Shown one piece after another: positions 51,069 through 61,919 of a stretch of 64,000 bases of DNA (the first letter of the stretch is position 1; the number at the start of each line of letters is the position of its first letter). The notes beneath the pieces are model-generated. The model saw only the letters and a list, made by a program, of their open reading frames with translations. It was not told where the DNA came from and ran no database searches. Origin of the DNA: Candidatus Bathyarchaeota archaeon (GTDB lineage: Archaea; Thermoproteota; Bathyarchaeia; Bathyarchaeales; Bathycorpusculaceae). Location of the stretch: NCBI GenBank assembly GCA_963699995.1, contig CAVOWB010000007.1, positions 4,310 through 68,309 of the forward strand, written 5' to 3'. A program made the position numbers and the translations under genes.

Positions 51069-52141
51069 CTACATTACGCCTATGGTTGTAGCTATGAAAA
51101 GCCCATAGATGAAAATGAAAATCAAACCTTCCCTCCATCCAATTCTCTCCCTGGACAAGAAGTACCAGAAGAACAGGTTCGTGATTATCGAGAAAATAAC
51201 TAGGCTCTGGAAAACATCTATTCGCAAAGTTATGGGTGAGCCTATGAGTGCAGGAACAAAGAGGGTAATGCCCAGTATTAAAGTTATGTTCACGAAGCTG
51301 CTTCCGATGATGTCTCCGAATGCAAGCCCGGGGTGTCCTCTGAGGAAAGCCTTTAGATCTAAGGTGAGTTCTGGAAGGCTTGTCCCGAAGGCGATTATAG
51401 TTGCGCCTATTACTTGTTGAGAGATTCCTGCAGATGTCGCTATGGCTACCGCGGATTCTACAAGAAAATATGCACTTAAAACGACGCCTAAAGCGCCCGT
51501 AATGGTCAGGAGAACATAACGTTTTAGTTTGCTTTTCTCTTCTGGGGTAACATCGCCGTTTTCAGAGGGCATTCTTACCTTCGAGAGTCGGTACATGTAG
51601 CCGACGAAAATGAACAGCAAGATTAGGCCGACGGCCCATGTGGCGTTGGTTATGTAGATTAGAATCATGGGGACGATTGATGCGATGAAGAGGCCAAAAT
51701 GGATGCTGCTTAGTTCGGATTTGGCGAAAGCTGGGATAACATTGTCTTCGTTCGATTCTGAAGATTCGTTAGGCTGGGCGTGTTTCCCCAGTTAACGAAG
51801 AGTTCTTTCAATCTTACTTTGCCTTTTATCCTCTTCAGGTGAAGAAGCAAAGCCGCTAGGCCAATTATGACACAGATATTTACTATGTTTGAGCCGAAAA
51901 CGTTTCCCACGGAGATTGCTGCACCGCCCGACACCGCTGCGATTAATGCTACGGTCAGCTCGGGCAACGAGGTGGAGAATGCTATGAGGCTGAAGCCTAC
52001 GGCTGTCTTTCCAAGTTGGGTTATGTTAGAGACTTTAATTGCGTGGTTTATCGCAATGTTGCTTGCCCAGTTGAGTGCGACGAAGGAAATGGCGATTATC
52101 AAAACGTTGACAATGAGATCCGAGAATAGTAGGTCTGCCAT
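51069..52141 (-). pseudogene. Ca2+/cation antiporter (CaCA, NCX/YrbG-like) with one frame disruption
   Basis: The alpha-1 repeat GFSLIAFSTSLPELTVALIAA...GNVFGSNIVNI is in ORF 51710-52165. The alpha-2 repeat IIAFGTSLPELTLDL...GDIIGSSFVNI is in ORF 51069-51668. The break is near 51775-51790 at a GGGG/AAA run. Confidence 0.7.
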
Positions 52142-52319
52142 TTCCCCGTCTCCGTTTTGGCTCACTTTTGTCCGAGTTTACATCAATTCGCATGGGTTTT
52201 TGGATATAAATATTTCTATTTGGCGATTGTAATCTTATCTCTGTCAACTGGATTTACCACTCGGAGGAGGCGTGGAAAAAGAATACAATTTAGCGCCAGA
52301 CAGATATGTTTGAGGAATG

Positions 52320-52667
52320 TTACGGACTGCCGCTTTTTTTGATGATTAAGGTAACCTGCTCAATTGCAGGTGAGCATATTTTCCTTATGCCCCTTTTGCC
52401 TCTTGCATAAGTAATGTCGAGCAGTTTTAGCTCTTCAAGAAGTCTTACTTGTTCGCTTATGTAGGCTTGGCTTAGCCCTAATTTTTTTCCTATTGTTGAA
52501 ACGTCCAAAGGTTCTTGCCAGAGCAGCTGCAGCATTTTCATACTTGTGGCTGTTAGTGCTTCGGCAACTCTCAGTGCGTCCTCGCCGGAAACAACAATTT
52601 CCTTCTTTGAGGGCGAGTCTTCTTCTTTATTCAAAGGGCGATTTGTTCCAGCTATACTGATTCCCAT
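52320..52667 (-). CDS. ArsR/SmtB-family winged-helix regulator
   Basis: MKMLQLLWQEPLDVSTIGKKLGLSQAYISEQVRLLEELKLL is the HTH core. Confidence 0.65.
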   Translation of the reverse strand: MGISIAGTNRPLNKEEDSPSKKEIVVSGEDALRVAEALTATSMKMLQLLWQEPLDVSTIGKKLGLSQAYISEQVRLLEELKLLDITYARGKRGIRKICSPAIEQVTLIIKKSGSP

Positions 52668-52959
52668 CAGAAATACTAACCAATTTTACTTATATGTTTT
52701 GCCTGTTGCGCTTGGGTCAGAATTCTGGGAGAGATGTTTGCACACCATAGGTAGCGAACGATTTAAATTGTTAATTGTCGTAGCAATAGCGTGGTCGTTT
52801 AAAATTGTCAAAAAAGCTCTCTAAAGCCGAAAGTCTTGAGCAACATAAAAAAGCCCTGCGAGAAAAAGAACTCAAAAAGAAACTGAAGAAGCAAGGCGGG
52901 CTCCCAGCAAGCTATTCAAGAAACAAAAAATAGCCAATCCCACCCTTCAACTTCTATTT

Positions 52960-53213
52960 TGTAACTCTTTTTTTTGAACCTTGCGCTCAGCTTAATGTGC
53001 AAACATGCACACCGGGTGTAATCCTCTCTTGTTGTTCTTCCATCCCTAATTGCGAGGTGCTCTCAAAAACGAGTTTAGGTAGAACCCACCAGCGGGCTAT
53101 GGGGGGCAGGTTTTTGGGCTTGGTCCGTTTTTGGTGGCGGGATCACTTTTATCATCGTGGCTTTCGTGATCTTCCTTATCGTGAAAGTGTCCAAGAAATG
53201 GGGCATGGAATAA
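52960..53213 (+). pseudogene. Possible MscL mechanosensitive channel remnant
   Basis: The terminal frame reads ITFIIVAFVIFLIVKVSKKWGME-stop, an MscL TM2-like tail. Upstream fragments (YGG.., RFLGLV, NV....PGVIL) are scattered over 3 frames. Weak. Confidence 0.3.
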
Positions 53214-54898
53214 ACCAAAGCCCTCAATTCTTTTTTTATTTGCAGCTATTATTCTTTGGCAATTGCGCTTTTTTGTATGCGTCTTTTTGTGTACCCACCT
53301 ACAAATTGTATTTGAAATCCAATTTGCTTATGTTAGATTATTACACAAGCGTCAATACTCGTTAGCCACAACAGAAGAGCTGGAAAGAAGAGCTCGGTTT
53401 CAAACGATTAGTAACCGATTCGGGTTCTCCCGACAAGGTGCTAATGAACTCTGGAAATGGTATGATTCCTCTAGCAGGAAAGGAGCCGCAAGTTTCCCAA
53501 GTTTTCAAATTTCGAAGCTTGGCCTAAACTCCTAGAACGCCCGCTGAGTTATCAGATATGTGTTTAGCTAAATTATGTGAATAAACGTCGATAGAGAATC
53601 ATAGAGCGTCTGCAAAGTCGTCTTACGCATATAGCCTTCTATGCTGCTACCTTCTGTTCTGAAACAGGCACAATAAAGGTTAAGTCGTCGTCACGTGACA
53701 ACTTTGGTTGGGACATAGCGTTTCTCCTCGACCCTAACCAGTATAGGCTCCATCCAAAACACCAGAGGAAAACAGCCATCGGCATTAACATTAGCGTAAC
53801 TGCCCTATTTCTCCTCGGCATAGTTGCCTATGGAAGCGACTGAATTTATATGATTTCGGAACACATGGGTGTATACCTTGCATGTATCTGCCTTTGTTCT
53901 TGAGATTTCCAGTCAATTTCTGAGACAAATAGTTATAAATATAATTCCTTGTCAGAGTTCAGATTATAACAAACCAGTCAATTTTGGGAATCCTATTTAG
54001 CGCAAGAACCAATAGGTCGCGCTGTTTTGTGCACCAAGCGGGCATGGTTGTTCATAGCTTAGTTTGATGTGCAATAGTTGCTTCTGGATTTTGCCTCATT
54101 TTTTGTGTTGATGGTTGCTTCACAGTAAGAAGCGTGACTAGTAATTTCAATTGAGAATGAAACGTAATTTTGGCCAATTCTCTTAAAGTATGCTATGTGA
54201 GGTTTGCCAGGTTCTTGAGCCTGCTCAAAACTAATTCCAGCCATCCGTTTCTTGATTCTGAGTAGCCCTGAGTTACAACTCCCAGACGCTAATTTATACC
54301 GAAATTTCTTCTTTTTTTGCAGCGTTTAAACGAATTTCAGGAAGCGCCTTGCCTGAATGCGGACTCAATTTCTATTATCAAACAACCCATACTCCCGGTT
54401 ACAAATTCCAGCAGTCCAGCTCTTTCACTCAAGAGCGAGGCGTCTCCGACTTCGCTTGTGTTTTCAGGGGGTGTAGGTTGGCATGTCCGGGTTGGCTCAT
54501 TTCAGCGGTTGGTAAAGCGCGTAAAGCGTCAAATCATGCTTAGTCTTGCAGGCCTTGCAAGCGCGAGTCATTGAGAGTTAGGTCGCAGTACCGGACGATT
54601 CCAAGAGTTGGGTGTTTTATTTCGTGGATTTGCCTTGTCCTCTGCAGGAGCTCGGCTGGGTTGAAGATTTTTCCAGCTTGGGCTTTGACTGCTGTCTCGT
54701 TTGCTTCTGTTTCTTAGGCTTGCAGTCCACTTGGATGGCTTGCCAAAGTCAACCTTAGGCTTCCCTTCGAGAGATATTTAGATCACATCGCGGCTACGCA
54801 GCGCCTAGATTGCAGCCTGAATTGTCAGCGGAAGAAACATTTGGATTTTCTTAAATACAACTAGCAGACAATAATCGAATCATTGAATTTTAAGGAGT

Positions 54899-57735
54899 AT
54901 GAAAGAAGAGTGAAGAAGATAAGTAAAAATGATAAGATGATAGTTACAGTCATTTTGATGTTTGCGCTGCTTTCTTCGGCTTTCTTTGTCTTCTCGAATT
55001 CTGCAACAGTCAAAGCTCAAACAATAACTGTACCAGGCAACTTGCTGCAATATGAATGGCCGATGCACCTGCAGATCCTGCTCGATCCTTTTCCAGCGCA
55101 GGTCCTGCTCCTGCCACATACAATATACTCTGGAAAACTCGGATACCTGGCTTCGGCTGGGCCACTCCAGTGGCTTTCAGCGGTATGGTCTTCACACAAT
55201 CTTCTGGAAGAAGCTACGGTCTTGACCCCAACACCGGCAACATCGTTTGGAATGTGTCAGGCACAGGCAGATTAGTGAAGCTGGACAACACATACATGAT
55301 GCGTGGAACGACCTGCGTTAAGTATCTGACGGTTCGACCGTCTGGACTCCTCCAGCCGGCTTCAGTTTTCGTATTACGCAGCAGAAATCAAGATGTTCGT
55401 TTCAGCTACAACAGGGTGGAACATCCCTGACCTATCGCAGCCACCAACCCTAGCATGGAACACAACAGACCAACAGATACTATGGTGTTGAATCAAATGG
55501 CGACGTTGGCATGCCTTACGTGAACGGAACGATGTTCTCGGGAACGCAAGATGGCTTTTAATGGCAATCGACGCCAAAACTGGAAAAACCCTCTGGGTCA
55601 CCCCTTCCACAGCGGCATTCTTCTATGGTGGGAACTACGCGGACGGCAAAGTCATCTTCGGTGGGCTGGACAACAACATGTATGCTTGGGACGCTAAAAC
55701 TGGCAGCTCATTTGGACATACAACCCTGGCACATGGTATGGGCAATGGGCATCAGGATCTTGCACAGCAAACGGACTGGTCTTCGAACATAACCAAGATA
55801 CCTACCTCTATGCCATAAACGCAACCACAGGACAATTAGTGTGGAAAGTAAAAGGCCCTGGCATTGGATACTCAGGTTTCAGCGCAGTCGGCGGAGGCAT
55901 AGTGTTCTCGCCAATGGGTGAAGCCCAGTACCGAGATTTTGAGACAGGCGAATTCGCCGTTTCAGAGTACAACGCGTACAATGCAACTACTGGAAAACTC
56001 CTCTGGTCTGCTCCAATAGAAACCGGCGCAGGGCCTACCCGGGCCATGAATGCATTGCCTATGGCAACCTCTACATAGTGCCAACTGCAGGATCGGCAGA
56101 GACACCTGGACTTTGGCAATATGGCGGCGGCGGAGCCCTAAACGAGATTTGGTGCATCGGCAGCCAAATCAAAGATTGGCCGATGTTTCTTGGTAGCGCC
56201 GACAACTCAGCAGAGGGAGCAGGTCCAAGCGGAAGCCTTACACTTAAATGGACCTTCAAAGCTGACAGTGCAGTAGTATCTTCACCAACAGTCGCAAATG
56301 GCGTAGGCTATTTCGGAACAGAACGAGGAACAATCTATGCAGTGGATGCTTACACAGGCGCGCAAAAATGGAACTATTCGATAGGGTTTCCGATTAAGGC
56401 TACGCCAGCGGTAGCTACTGGTAAAGTATACACAGGTTCAGACGATGGCAATGTATATGCTCTGGATGCATCCACAGGTAAAAAGTATGGCAGGCATCTC
56501 GTTGGCGGCATCAAGATTATTCCTATCACCGGCATATCAACTTTAACAGCTATGGCTGACTCGCGATCCTCACCAAAAATCTTCGGCAACACACTGTATG
56601 TCGGTGCGCTTGATGGCAACTTGTATGCTTTAGACCTCAACAGCGGCACAGTCCTTTGGAAATACCAAACAGGCGGAGCCATAGTAGCAACCCCCTGCAT
56701 AACCAGCGAAGCAATCTATGTTCCTGCCTCCACGCCAGGAACCAACGGAACATTTTACAAGCTCAACCTCAACGGGCAACTCATCTGGAAAGATAGCATA
56801 CCTTATGTTCTCAACGCCACCCGGGATCAGGTAACTTCTTCGAAGCAGCTCCAACGGTGGCACCAGAATTGGGCATGGTGTTTCTACGAAACAGTTATAG
56901 GCGAACTTACGGCATAAACTCAACTAACGGGAAACATCCTATGGAGCTATGATGGCAGATACAACCCTGGCAACCTGGCCAGGGTACTGGTGGACAATCT
57001 GGCGGGTTATGCAACTGGTTTCGCCGTTGTACAAATACGGAAAAATCTACATGAATGACTTCTACGGCATAGTCTGCCTGAACGCAACTACCGGCAATCA
57101 AACTTGGTACACTTACCTATCGAGGGAAAACCTCGCACAAGGTTTAGCGTACTCCTACAACCGCATATACACAGTCAAACGAAATTGGCGTAATCTACGT
57201 TCTCGACTCACTGACAGGACAGAAGATCTCCTACTATGAGGTAGGCGCTTCCCAAATGCACTCAGCCCCCTCACTCTATGACAACAACCTGTACGTAGGA
57301 TGCCAAAACTGGAATGTCTACTGTTTGGGCGATGCAAAAATCATGACAGCTCAACGCTGCAACAGCTCCATCCGCTTCCTGAACCAACCGCGACTCCAAC
57401 ACCGGCTCTGACTGCTGACGAAATAGCCCAGAAAGTGCTCACTCTACTCCCAGCATACCCGTCTAGTCCTTCAGCCGGCGATATTGCCCAGAAAGTGATA
57501 GCCAGCCTTCCAAGTGGAGTGTCAGCTGACGAGGTCGCCCAGAAAGTCTAGCGAGTCTTCCAGCAAATCCAAACGCTGACCAAATTGCTCAGGCAATCAA
57601 CAACCAGCTTTCAACGAAGTCGCCTTCTGTGCCTGCAGAATACAGCACAGCAACCGTCATCATCATATGTAGCAGTCACAGCCGCCATTAGCAATAGGCA
57701 TAGTAAACCTATTCCTCATCAGAAAGCGGAAATAG
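54899..57735 (+). pseudogene. PQQ-like beta-propeller surface protein, paralogue 1, at least 10 frame disruptions
   Basis: AAGGAG plus ATG at 54899, then a signal/anchor (MIVTVILMFALLSSAFFVF). Propeller blades with Y(A/V)(L/W)DA.TG..(L)W strings are spread over all three frames (ORFs 54883, 55056, 55561, 55839, 56078, 56949, 57300 and more). The tail has AQKV repeats and then AIGIVNLFLIRKRK-stop at 57733-57735. Confidence 0.7.
57414..57625 (+). repeat. Four imperfect tandem 50-60-nt repeats encoding (A/G)D(E/Q)(I/V)AQ(K/A)(V/I)...LP units
   Basis: Units begin at 57414, 57474, 57525 and 57575 (GCTGACGAAATAGCCCAGAAAGTG, GCCGGCGATATTGCCCAGAAAGTG, GCTGACGAGGTCGCCCAGAAAGTC, GCTGACCAAATTGCTCAGGCAATC). 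Confidence 0.7.
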
Positions 57736-57745
57736 GCAATCAAAT

Positions 57746-57762
57746 CCTCTTTCCCTTTTTTG
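57746..57762 (+). terminator. Pyrimidine/T-rich tract CCTCTTTCCCTTTTTTG
   Basis: It lies 11 nt after the stop of paralogue 1, and a near-identical tract follows paralogue 2. Confidence 0.4.
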
Positions 57763-57786
57763 TTCAGGGAAAAATCAGAAAGCAAA

Positions 57787-57882
57787 AGGGGTTGGGAGGG
57801 CTCCGGATAAAAATAACCAACTTTGCTCGTTGGTCGTTCATTTCTATTTCTCCTATTTGGGTCCGGAGCCCCAGCAAACCCT
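57787..57882 (+). repeat. Conserved 3'-flank module, copy A (AGGGGTTGGGAGGGCTCCGGA ... TGGGTCCGGAGCCCCAGCAAACCCT)
   Basis: It shares both arms with 61045-61113. GGGCTCCGGA (57798-57807) is the exact reverse complement of TCCGGAGCCC (57862-57871). Confidence 0.6.
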
Positions 57883-57893
57883 TAAGCAGGCAA

Positions 57894-58086
57894 ATGTCGA
57901 AAAAAGTTATTAGTCGAGACAGCTGGTCTGGTACTTGCTGTCTTGTTTTATGTTGTCTTAGCAGCAGATGCTTTGTTGCTGAGTCGTCACATCGAGGAGC
58001 GCCTTTCGGTTCTTGAGGAGCAAAAACAAGCCGAAGCGCTTGGTGGTTTGAGAAAGTCTAGCATAAATCAAATCTCTATGGAATAA
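57894..58086 (+). pseudogene. Possible 63-aa membrane/coiled-coil protein interrupted in an A6 run
   Basis: ATG 57894 (MSKK..) is out of frame by 1 nt with the open frame LLVETAGLVLAVLFYVVLAADALLLSRHIEERLSVLEEQKQAEALGGLRKSSINQISME-stop (58084-58086). Removing one A at 57900-57905 joins them. Confidence 0.3.
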
Positions 58087-58272
58087 ATCCTTATGAGGTA
58101 TCCAATGGAGACGTCTCCCGCATTCCCCTTTTTTCTACGTTTTCCATCTGCACCTCACATTGATTCAGGCTCAACTTTGATTTCGTCAAATTGTCAGTGG
58201 AAAGCACACATATGACATTTTAAATACAGGTGACTTTCATAGAATTGGAGCACAGAATTCTGGAGGTTAAGT

Positions 58273-60989
58273 ATGAAAATACCAAGGACTAAAATTAGAT
58301 ATTTGACAATCATATTGCCACTCCTATTGACCGTCACTCTCTTCGCAATGCCAATGACTTATGCACATTATCCTGGATGGAATGTAGAAACCATCTGCTA
58401 CGCTTCTGTTACAAACAATGTTATAGGCCTCAATCAGCCAGAAGTTATTACGTTTTGGACTAACGCCATACCCCCGACAGCAGTTGGCGCTTATGGAGAC
58501 AGATGGACCTTCACGGTCGAATTCACAAAGCCTGACGGCTCAAAAAGAAAATGTGGGACCAATCACCTCGGACCCAGTCGGAGGCGCATACACTATATAC
58601 AAACCAACTCAAGTAGGCACTTACTCTGTTGTAGCCAAGTTTCTTGGAAAAATAATTACAGGCATACCTCTCGGACCGCCTGGCGCAGGCCAAAACACTG
58701 ACTCAATCAACGATACTTATTTAGCCAGTACAAGCGCCCCAGTAACATTCGTTGCACAGAAGGACCCAATTCAATCGTGGTCTGAGGCTCCTCTTCCAAC
58801 AGAATATTGGACACGCCCAATAAACAACGCTAACAGAGACTGGTATGTGCTTGCCGGGAACTGGCTATCTGGGGCTGCTCAAAACGTCGGCTCAACCACC
58901 AATTTTGGCTACGGCACAGGACCAGAAAGTCCGCACATAATGTGGGCTACCCCTATGTGGGCTGGAGGCACCATGGACGCTCGCTTTGGTGAAATAGGAT
59001 ACCAAACGTCGCACTATGAAGGGCTTAGCTTTACTCCTCCGATAATCCTCAACGGAAAAATCTACTACAACACTCAATCGCTCCCAAGAATCGGCTGGTA
59101 TTGCCTTGATTTGTACACTGGCGAGACAGAGTATTTCCGGAATAGCACTGGTCCGGTAACGGGAGTCAGCCAGATCTAGCTCAGGAAGCATTCCAGGTGA
59201 ATTACTGGCTTGGGGACAGATATATAACGCGGACAACCCGAACCAGCACGGAGGCATGCCCTACCTGTGGAGCACGAATACTCCCTACGCGCAAAATACT
59301 TGGAGAATGTACGATGCCTATACTGGCAACTACATGTGCAGTATAGCGAACGTTTCGGCAGGAGGCACGGCGGTTTATGGCAAGGACGGAAGCATACTGC
59401 GCTATAACTTGGTGGGTTCAGGCGCAAACAAACGTTTGACTGTATGGAACACTCGCCAAGCTATCTGGTGGAGGGGAACTCAGCAACAGTATCAAGCTGG
59501 AGACCTATCCGCATTCCAGAGCAACAACTATTGGTTGTGGCGACCTGGCCTGAACGTGACGTATGACGGAAACGTGGGTTTCTCATTGAACGTTTCGATA
59601 CCTAATGTGCAGGGCAGTATACTTGCGGTTCGTGAAGATCTCCATGTCATCGGTGGAACATCCGGAAAGAACAATGGTACCTATGTTCAGGATGGCAATC
59701 TGTGGACTTTAAGCCTTAAACGGGGTGAAGAAGGAAAACTGCTGTCAAACATTACTTACACGCCGCCGAAACAATCCTACCCTGACGTAGTCGTCGTCGG
59801 TCCCGCTAGAAGTCCCATAACCGGACCAGTTGTTGACCCAGAAGACGGCGTTTTCTTCTTTAAGGAAGGAGCGTCAGTTCGACGGTGGGGCTATAGCCTC
59901 GCAACAGGACAGCTACTCTGGACAGGTGAACCTGAACCCGCAATGAACTACTACGGCTGGAGTACTAACATCTACCAAGGCATGCTTCTGTCAGCTGGCT
60001 ACAGTGGGGTACTAATCGCCTACGATGCTAAGACAGGAAAAGTCCTGTGGAACTACACCGCTGAGCAGGTCGGCTTCGAATCTCCATACGGGAACTATCC
60101 ACTAGTTATTGACTGCATTGCTGACGGAAAAATCTACTTAGTCTCAGGCGAGCACTCAGCAACTCAACCCTTGTGGCGGGGGTCGTATTTGCGCTGCGTC
60201 AACGCATCTAACGGAGTAGAACTGTGGAAGGTACTGCACTGGGGAGGTGCACAAGTTGCAGGAATCGAAATAGCTGGCGGTGCAAGCGTATTCATAGCTG
60301 ACGGTTTTCTCGTAGGCTTAAACTTCTATGACAACCAAATATACTGTTACGGCAAAGGCCCGAGCGCAACTACGGTCACCATACAAAACAATATCGTAAG
60401 CAAAGGCAATGACGTGTTCATCACAGGCACGGTGACAGACCAATCCGTCGGAGCTAAAAACGTCGCGGAGAAACTTGGCTACGTCAACGGCGTTCCAGCG
60501 ATTGCAGACGAAGATATGCAGGAGTGGATGGAGTACCTATATTCGCAGCAAGCAATGCCAACGAACGGCAAGGGCGTTAAAGTGCATCTGACATCGATTG
60601 ACCCCAATGGCAACTTCCAAGACCTAGGTTACGCTACAAGCGATCTCGGCGGAAGTTACGGACTCTCGTGGACTCCACCAGTCGAGGGCACCTACCAAAT
60701 CACAGCGACATTCGGAGGAAGCAAATCCTACGGTAATTCGTACGCCACGACACATTTCGTAGTGAAACCAGCAACGGCAGCGCCCGTTGTCACTCCAACC
60801 GCTGCACCGACAGTAACACCAGTAGCGCCCGCTACTCCAACACCTGTGAAGTCAGTTTCGCCTTCGCCAACACAAGCAGTTACTCCACCGACAAGCGCCG
60901 AACCAACAACAACATACATCGCAATTGGTGTAGCAATCGTAGTCATAGTTGCAGTCGCAGCAGCATTAGTCCTGAGAAGACGCAAGTAA
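58273..60989 (+). pseudogene. PQQ-like beta-propeller surface protein, paralogue 2, two frame disruptions
   Basis: GGAGG plus ATG 58273 and a signal peptide. ORFs 58273-58701, 58484-59179 and 59256-60989 join at an A5 run near 58543-58548 and near 59170-59185. Blades such as LIAYDAKTGKVLWNY are present. The C-terminus has an Ig-like domain, a Pro/Thr linker, a TM segment and RRRK. Confidence 0.8.
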
Positions 60990-61000
60990 AGACTCAACTC

Positions 61001-61017
61001 TCTTTTCCCTTTTTTTT
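61001..61017 (+). terminator. Pyrimidine/T-rich tract TCTTTTCCCTTTTTTTT
   Basis: It lies 12 nt after the stop of paralogue 2 and is homologous to 57746-57762. Confidence 0.4.
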
Positions 61018-61044
61018 AGGAGAATCTAAGTCGGAAGTTAAATG

Positions 61045-61113
61045 AGGGGTTGAGTGGGCTCAGGAATATCGTTTATCCGACTATATTCTGGGTCCAGAGC
61101 CCCAGCAAACCCT
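61045..61113 (+). repeat. Conserved 3'-flank module, copy B (AGGGGTTGAGTGGGCTCAGGA ... TGGGTCCAGAGCCCCAGCAAACCCT)
   Basis: Both arms align with copy A, and the central spacer is about 27 nt shorter. Confidence 0.6.
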
Positions 61114-61145
61114 CACAAATAGTTTAGGCGGCTTTTCTTTCGTCC

Positions 61146-61919
61146 CTATTTTTTCCATAAACGCCTAAAAGCGACCGTTGCAGCAACGGCTAAGGCTATT
61201 GCGCCAATAGCAATAACTATGTAAAATGTCGGAAAAGAGTCCACGTTTTTGGAGTTGACAACAGGAATTGACCATATTCTCATATCTGGGTCGCAAAGAT
61301 TAGATAGATAAGAGCAACCTACGCTAATGATTTCCAGTGAGCCATCGTTGTTCAAATCTGCTGTTGCTACGTTCCATGCGCAAACTCCTTCATCAGTAAC
61401 CCACTCTGTGTCATGCTTTAAGGTTAGCACTTCTCCATCCCACCCCCAAACGCGAAGCTGAGCTCTTTCAGAGGCCGTTGCATTTGCCGAGAAACTTCCT
61501 TCAGAGGCGACCACGCCGCTCGTTACGACATCAATTTTTGAATCGCCATCTACGTCACCTAAAGATACGGATTTTACCTCGTTAAGGTAGTCTATTGTCC
61601 ATTCTTTGTTTTCACGAAGAATTAATGTTTGGTTGTTCCATCTCCAAATTCTAACTTGTGCCGTAACGTTTGCGCCATTATAAGTGATGCCACCTGTTAC
61701 AATTTCTTCTAGACCGTCGCCTTCTATGTCTGCGGATTTGACGCTATTTACAATTGTGTTGCCTTGAACACTTCCAGAAATAGTCAAAGCGTACCCCTCC
61801 ATGTTTTGCCATTGTTCATTTGCCTTCAATGTTAGCTCTTGTCCAGTCCAATGCCAAACACAAAGCTGCCCTTTGCTGCTGTTTAGGTTTCCGGCGTATT
61901 TACGATAATATCTGTTCGT
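61146..61919 (-). pseudogene. FG-GAP/VCBS-repeat (integrin-alpha-like propeller) protein lacking its N-terminus
   Basis: Repeats include DIEGDGLEEIVTGG, GDVDGDSKIDVVTSG and ADLNNDGSLEIISVG, with recurring Q(L/V)R(V/I)W.W...L.L strands. The C-terminus has a TM segment plus RRLWKK. The reading frame is open upstream to 61919 without a start or signal peptide and then hits unrelated sequence. Confidence 0.7.

Noticed and set aside
57549-57551. In-frame TAG in PQQ paralogue 1 as a pyrrolysine codon
   Set aside because: Read-through gives nonsense sequence. The repeat unit continues sensibly only after a frame change, so this is a frameshift, not recoding.
57585-58016. 143-aa ORF downstream of PQQ paralogue 1
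   Set aside because: It runs through the gene's out-of-frame tail, the terminator and the conserved 3' module. Its composition is not protein-like.
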